From Octopus vulgaris (Eukaryota), in contig OX597825.1 of the NCBI GenBank assembly GCA_951406725.2, positions 28,892,001 to 28,956,000 of the forward strand: a DNA stretch of 64,000 nucleotides. Direction: 5' to 3'. Below the pieces are notes generated by a model. It ran no database searches. It was not told the DNA's origin and saw only the letters and a program-made list of their open reading frames with translations. Shown piece after piece: positions 56,713-64,000 of the stretch; the stretch's first letter is position 1; every line of letters begins with the position of its first letter. The translations under genes and the position numbers were made by a program.

Positions 56713-57510
56713 AAAAAAGAAGAATGGTGTGTATGCGCGCTCGTGTGTGCGTGTGTGTCTCGGTTTGGTAATACAAACAGGAGAAATAGCAGTCAATACA
56801 TGAGAATATATATGTGTACTTCTGTTTTGCAATTGGTAGAATAGAATTGACTCTAGAAGTGACTCAAGCATCGACAGTTTCGTATATGCACGCAACTCGC
56901 GCCAATTCAAACTCTTTTCCCTGTTCGCTCAGCTAAACCTACACACACAAACACACACATTTTTATTTGAATGTATGTACGTACTACGTACATACGAATG
57001 TATGTATGCATATAAATATATAAAGATACATATAAAGATATGTATATACATATATTTCTATACATACATTTTACATATGAGTATGTATGGACGCGCACTC
57101 ACACACACACACTTATACATAAGTATATATATTATATATTTGTATGTGTATATAACACTGTATCGCATGTTGTTGTGCATCGCTGGTCATCGGTCATGCG
57201 GACATAGTCGAGCACCAATCCGTCGATGGGTCATTCATTGCAACAGACTGGACTGGGGCAACATGAAATGAAGTGCTTTGCAGCTCCTTAACCAGTAGAT
57301 CACAGGTCTACACACACACAAACACACGCACACACACAAGCACGCACACACACGCGCGCACACATGCATACATATATAGGCTTGTATGTGAATATATATT
57401 TATGTGTGTGTGTATATATATATATATGCATGTTATGTATGTATGTATGTATGATTTGTATATATGTATGTATATACGTGTATGTATGTATACATGTATG
57501 TATATCTTAT

Positions 57511-57860
57511 CTTTCACTTGTTTCACTCATTAGACTGTGGCCATGCTGGGGCACCACCTTGAAGGCCTTTTAGTCGAATAAATCGACCGTAGGACTTATT
57601 TTCTTTGTGAGACTACTACTTATTTTGTCGGTTACCTTTGCTAGACCGCTAAGTTATGAGACGTGAGCACACCAACACAGGTTGTTAGGCAGTGTGATAC
57701 AAAGATACAAAGATACACACGCATGCATATACATATACACGGCGGGCTTCTTTCAGTTACCGTCTACTAAATCCACTCACAAGCTTTTGGCCGGCCCGAT
57801 GTTATAGCTGAAGATACTTGCCCAAGGTGCTACGCCGTGGAACTGAACCCGGAACCATTT
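57511..57860 (-). mobile_element. Family A SINE
   Basis: Colinear with 936-1351. Confidence 0.88.
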
Positions 57861-58157
57861 GACCACACCACACCAGAGCAATTCAGAATGAATGATACAA
57901 CAAGATAATGCACCTGTAAGTCTTGTAATGAACATATTACAAAACTACAGATGTAAAATGAAAGGTTAACTAGACCATCATGTAGACGTCTGCCGTAAGG
58001 TAAAGGACGCCCACATTCAATATCTGACTGTCGGTAGAAAGTAGAAGAGTTAACCTTTCATGTTAGATCTGTATTTTTGCAAAATATTCGTTACAAAACT
58101 CACACGTATGTTGTGTTTTTGCACTAAATATTGTCAATCACTGTGTATATATATACG

Positions 58158-58550
58158 CTTTTACTCTTTTACTTGTTTCACTCATTTGACTGTGGCCATG
58201 CTGGACACCGCCTTTGGTCGAGCAAATCTACTCCAGGACTTATCCTTTGTAAGCCCAGTACTTATTCTATCTGTCTCTTTTGCCGAACCGCTTAGTTATG
58301 GGGACGTAAACACACCAGAATCGGTTGTCAAGCGATATTGGGGAGACAAACATACAAACATACAAACACACACACACAAATGTATACATATATACGACGG
58401 GCTTTTTTCAGTTTACGTCTACCAAATCCACTCACAAGGCTTTAGTCGGCCCGAAGCTATACTAGAAGACACTTGCCCAGGTGCCACGTAGTGGGACTGA
58501 ACCCGGAACCATGTGGTTCGGAAGCAAGCTGCTTACAACACAGCGACTCC
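58158..58550 (-). mobile_element. Family A SINE
   Basis: Colinear with 936-1351. Confidence 0.9.
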
Positions 58551-58592
58551 TATATATATACATATATATACACAGAAAGAGAGAGAGAAATG

Positions 58593-58913
58593 TTTATGTT
58601 AGTTAAATATGTTTGTGGTATATTTCGACTGCTAAAATGCAAATTCGCTACAGTTACCGTGGAAAAAATTTCTTTCTTATGGTAAAAAAAAGTGTGAAAA
58701 CAGCATATTTGCCCGGAGTCGCCACCTATAGGATTCCCAGGCATCAATCTTTCTAAAAGGCTCGAAACATCGATGTATAGGAATTCTAACAGACACACTG
58801 GACAGATGTGTTTTTACACCTTTTTACCATAAGAGAATTTTCCTCTGCGTTGACCGCAGCGAATTTGCCTTCTAGCAATTAAAATGTCAGAAACATACTT
58901 CATCTAACCTAAA
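58593..58913. mobile_element. Old MITE or foldback element with ~125-bp imperfect inverted arms
   Basis: GCAAATTCGCT...CTTATGGTAAAAA pairs with TTTTTACCATAAG...AGCGAATTTGC. Confidence 0.75.
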
Positions 58914-59104
58914 GTTTACCTTTGCCTAAACACTGCTTGGCATTGATATTACAATAATATACATACATACATACATACATACATACACCCCACAACTCCA
59001 CTTTGTTATATATATATACCAGTTTCTGGTACCTCCCCTCTCTCTCTCTCTCTCTCTTTCACACACACACAGTAGAACGCATAAATGCTCGCACACATAA
59101 ACAC

Positions 59105-59155
<51 letters not shown>

Positions 59156-59790
59156 GTGGTCAGAAATGATATTGTGTGATGTTCATTAGTTTTACAAATA
59201 GATTATCGACGTGAGTTGAAGCATTATCTGGCTGGAAATTGCGACTCAGCATGGACTTAGCTTTTGCTCTACGATGTTGCACACTAATTAAAAGAAGTAA
59301 TTAGTTTCGTTTGACGACGCTAAAAACCAATATTTCATTAGCAGTAGGGAAGATATGACCACGTCACTAGTTAAAGATGTAGGTGCTGCCGTTTGACTCA
59401 GAACCAGCTACCAAAATTTCCACGTTTCATACTTTACAGGGTTTTTCTTATGAACAGAGGACAAATTTGTATCTTAATTGGAAACAATAGAAGCATAGTT
59501 ATGGATATGTGGTTTAGAAGCACGCTTTGCAACCAAGTGGATTGGCGTTCAATCCCATTGCAAGTTACCTTAGGCAACTGTTTTCTTGTATAGACTTGTG
59601 CCGATCAATGACTTCTGAGATGAGAGAATTTGGTTCACGAAACTGTGTAGAAGCCCGCCATGTTTATCCCGCCTTCCTCTCTCTCTCTCTCTCTTTCTGT
59701 ATAAATACATACAGCCACCTCACATACATATACATTTATATACATACATATTTTCATACCTTTATATATATATATATATATGTATGTACA

Positions 59791-59916
59791 CTAGGGGGTA
59801 CTGAAATGTACCTGTCTTTAAGGGTGTCACGAAAGGCCTGGTTGGTGGCCCAACCTTCCGAGTTCTTTTACAGAACTCAGAAAACCTGACGCCAGGAACC
59901 TCTCAGCACACCCACG
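59791..59916. mobile_element. Short mariner-type MITE remnant
   Basis: Left end CTAGGGGGTACTGAAATGTACCTG resembles the reverse complement of the right end, CGTGGGTGTGCTGAGAGGTTCCTG. Confidence 0.6.
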
Positions 59917-59923
59917 TGTGTGT

Positions 59924-60197
<274 letters not shown>

Positions 60198-60899
60198 AAG
60201 TGGGCGGAGAAACAAGTGCATACATGCCTATATACATGTAGATAGATAAAGGCATATTTAAAGATGGCGGCAAGAAATAAAAGTGGGAGAGGTTGTAATT
60301 GGTAAAGAGAATATCTATATACGTGCCACACTATAAAATTCCGACCTCTTCAAGAAACTGCTATTATTTTGTCGTGGGTTGGGTTATTTAATTAACCTTT
60401 TGCAGCGTCTATCGTTGAAACTCTCGAGTCACACCTACTCATACTTACATAGAAGCTCCCACGCAAATATAAATACATACACAGACAACATACTTACAAA
60501 GATTCACGCATTTGCCTTGCATACACACACACACACACACACTTGTCGCATACTCTCCTTTGCCAAATCGTTTAACAGATGTAGGTGTTTTGCTTTACGC
60601 GGATCAAATGATATTTATCATTATTATAGAAACCAGAGAAGCTGATCCCACCTGTTGTTGGTGTGTGACATAATGTGTTTCATTGTTATTCATATCGTTT
60701 GTTACTAGTGTTGGAGAGTTGTTTCCACAATTGAAATATTTTAGAAAAGAAAGCATGCTATGCCATTTTACACTAACGTCTCAAATAAATTGTCATTGAA
60801 TATTGGAAATAACCGACAAAGTTTACTCGAATACATACATACATACATACATACATACATACATACATACATACATACATACATACATACATACATACA

Positions 60900-60935
<36 letters not shown>

Positions 60936-61009
60936 TGTTGTGATTTTTGCTACCCAGGTATCGGTTATCACTTGAATAATCCGTGATAAGAGAATTCATT
61001 TATCTACTT

Positions 61010-61049
<40 letters not shown>

Positions 61050-61101
61050 CAGGCAGACATATTTCTTTAAATATCTATGACTATATATATCTCTTTCTCT
61101 C

Positions 61102-61171
<70 letters not shown>

Positions 61172-61187
61172 CATATGTCCATCCATC

Positions 61188-61242
<55 letters not shown>

Positions 61243-61257
61243 ATGTCCATCCATCCA

Positions 61258-61326
<69 letters not shown>

Positions 61327-61333
61327 GACTAAC

Positions 61334-61656
61334 TGGCACTCCGTCGCTTACGACGACGAGGATTCTAGTTAATCAGAACAACGAGACAACCTGCCCATGC
61401 AATTAACGTGCAAGTGGCTGATCCCACCCCCCGTAGGCACGCGCATCCTTAATCTAGTTCTCGGGGAGATTCAGCGTGACACAGAATGTAACAAGGCTGG
61501 CCCTTTGAATTACAGGTACAACACATTTTTGCCCGCTGAGTGGACTGGACCAATGTGAAATAAAGCGTCTTGCTCAAGGACACAACGTGCCGCCGGGAAT
61601 CGAACTCACGACCTTCAGAACGACAGCCGATTACCTTAATCACTGACCCATGCGCT
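61334..61656 (-). mobile_element. tRNA-derived SINE, family D
   Basis: Minus-strand head TGGGTCAGTGATTAAGG...GTGAGTTCGATTCCC followed by TGTGTCCTTGAGCAAGAC. Confidence 0.88.
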
Positions 61657-61994
61657 TACAATCACATATACAAGGTTGTACGTGCACATATAATGTATGG
61701 ACTAAATCTGTATCGCTCTCTTTTCGCATTCCTATTGCATATGTGTGTTTGGGAGTGTGTTTATATTTTAAATACACACACACACACACGCATACACACA
61801 CACACACACGCATACACACACACGCATACACACACACACACACACGCATACACACACACACATACACACACACACGCATACACACACACATAAGAATATA
61901 GACATTTTATGTATGCGTATATGTATATATATCTATGCATATATATAGGGAAAGTTTACACATACAAGTATACGTATCTATCTATTTCTCCCCT

Positions 61995-62032
<38 letters not shown>

Positions 62033-62116
62033 ATTTATATGTATAATATATATGCATATATACTTACATATATGTACATACCAACATATATATGTATATA
62101 TATACATGCATATATG

Positions 62117-62560
62117 GGCACAGGACGTCAAAATAAAGTGAACAAAAGGGAAAACGAGAACATTAAAAAAAACAAAAAGATGGAAAATGAACTTTTTTTG
62201 AACAACGAGAGAAACAAATAAAGAAGCGAGAGAGGCAACATAAAGAACAATCCCTTCATCAGTTGTCCCCTGTTCTATCTACTCCGCGTTCAAACGTTGG
62301 GACAAGACGCGACTTCATTAAAACAATCGTTCCTGCAAAGCAAATTAAATGAAATTTTGGATTTGTGGAGGGTTAAAGTGGTAACAAAAACAGCACAGTG
62401 AGAACAAAACAGTAAAAAAGGGCTGTTAAGCTATCACGAGGTGAAGTGGTGAACGCTGGAGAAACGAGCTTTGACAGGAGACAAGCAAAATTGTGTTTTG
62501 TCTCTTGTAAAGCAAGAAGAAAGAAAAATAGCTGCTGGTCACGTGTGAGCAACGAGAGAG
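62117..62560. mobile_element. Unclassified repeat-like segment, possibly a PLE terminus
   Basis: Minus-strand GACAACTGATGAAG near 62255-62268 also occurs at 23453-23466; no complete ribozyme fold. Confidence 0.35.
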
Positions 62561-62762
62561 TCAAGGAGGAAGAATGAGGGAGAGAGAGGGAGAGAAAGCG
62601 AACGGTGAATGGGGGAGGAGATTATATGTGTATATATGCATGTCTATATATACATTTCTTTCTTTCTCTCTCTCTCTCTCTCTCTCTATGTATATATATG
62701 TATATATATATATATGTACACACGCACAACAAACACAGGCACACAAATACATACATACATAC

Positions 62763-62793
<31 letters not shown>

Positions 62794-62832
62794 TGTATGT
62801 ATGTATGTATGTATGTATGTATGTATTATATG

Positions 62833-63150
62833 AAGGTGCATGGCTTAGTGGTTAGAGTGTTGCACTCATGATTGCGAGATCGTGGGTTCAACTCCCGGGC
62901 CGGGCGTTGCGTTGTGTGAGCTTATGTCTACACAAACAGTTGATCTCTATAAACAAAGCATCAGTGTCGTTGTTCGGTAGGAAACTGTCGAGCCCTCATA
63001 CGTCGTCTATATACACGACGGGTTTCTTCTAGTTTCCGTCTACCAAATCCACTCCCAAGGCTTTGGTCGACCTGAGGCTATAGTAGGAGACACTTGCCCA
63101 CGGTACCACAAAGTGGGACTGAACCCTTAACCAAGCTACTCCTGCGCTTA
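62833..63150. mobile_element. SINE head (+, 62833-62918) and family A SINE fragment (-, 63015-63150)
   Basis: TGGCTTAGTGG/GGTTCAACTCC boxes; TTCCGTCTACCAAATCCACTC motif. Confidence 0.8.
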
Positions 63151-63299
63151 TAAAAAAAAATTTAATGTCTCACAGTCTTGAAATTTAATTTCGTTAAGTA
63201 TGTTATTTATTTTGTCTATCATTTATTTATTTGTGATGTTTTGTGAGGTTTTCATCAGAAGACTTAACCAAAACGAGCTGCTAGAAACCACAGCTAAAC

Positions 63300-63530
63300 T
63301 ATGGAAACTGTTTGGTCATGTTTTGCGCTTACTATAGGAGAGACCGAGTTTGGTCAGCTGATGAGTTGGCAGTTGGAAAAGGGAGAAGAAAGAGAATGAT
63401 CGTGACGAAGACATGGCAAAGAACTGTGCTGGAAGACTTGGTCGAGATGGGTGCCACCGGGGAAGAAGGGCACAGTTTGGATGAGAACTCTCATCACCTG
63501 ACGCCTTTTGAGAGAATGGAGATAACATGA
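63300..63530 (+). mobile_element. RTE-like LINE 3' fragment
   Basis: Frame fragments FGHVLR, MSWQL and KGRRKR....KTWQRTVLEDLVEMG. Confidence 0.65.
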
Positions 63531-63590
63531 CGTCATTGATGAGATATTACTTTATATAGTTCTTGTGGCTGATGCAACTACTGCTGTTCC

Positions 63591-63907
63591 CTCTTCTTCT
63601 TCTTCTTCTTCTTCTTCTTCTTCTTCTTCTTCTTCTTCTTCTTCTTCTTCTTCCTCCTTTCCTCCTTTCCCTCCTCCTCCTTTTTCCTTTTTCTCCTCCT
63701 CTTTCTTCTTCCTTTTCTCCTCCTCCTCATACTCCTCCTTCCTTTCTCCTCTTCTCCCTTCTTATGCTCCTCCTTCTTCCGTTTCTCCTTTTCCCATCTC
63801 CTCATACTCCTCCCCTTCTTCCTTTTCTCTTCCTCCTCCTCCTCCTCATGCCCCATATGCTCCTCCTTCTTCCTTTTCTCCTACCCTCCCCCTGCTTTTC
63901 TTCTCCT
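63591..63907. repeat. (CTT/CCT)n low-complexity tract
   Basis: Read directly from the sequence. Confidence 0.92.
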
Positions 63908-64000
63908 GGGTAGATTCGTTAGAACGTCAGTTAAAATGACTTGCAGTATTTGTTCCAAGTCTTTACGATCACAGTTCGAATCCTACCGAGCTAGGTTTTA

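Noticed and set aside
62252-62310. CTGATGA motif on the minus strand
   Set aside because: No properly placed helix II or GAAA.

Overview
AT-rich animal genomic DNA, most likely an octopus: this is inferred from the SINE families and the extreme microsatellite density, not from a database match. Almost all supplied ORFs are translations of (TA)n, (CA)n, (TACA)n, (TAGA)n or trinucleotide tracts and are not genes. The window is mostly simple repeats, more than 25 copies of about four tRNA-derived SINE families, LINE fragments (R4/Dong-like, RTE, L1/Tx1-like), a decayed mariner transposon, several MITEs, a probable non-autonomous Helitron and Penelope-like element (PLE) remnants. The only plausible host coding sequence is an 88-nt signal-peptide first exon at 30228-30315 (+), lying in a 6.7-kb zone where I see no transposons. 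The most notable signal is a dispersed set of minimal type I hammerhead ribozyme motifs. One sits at the 3' end of a GIY-YIG PLE fragment next to a tRNA-like module. Two lie in TA-flanked fragments at 23.0-24.3 kb, one of them inside a 420-bp palindrome. One caps a ~130-nt rod-like hairpin in a ~290-bp TA-flanked, retrozyme-like unit at 50369-50661. Boundaries of decayed repeats are approximate.
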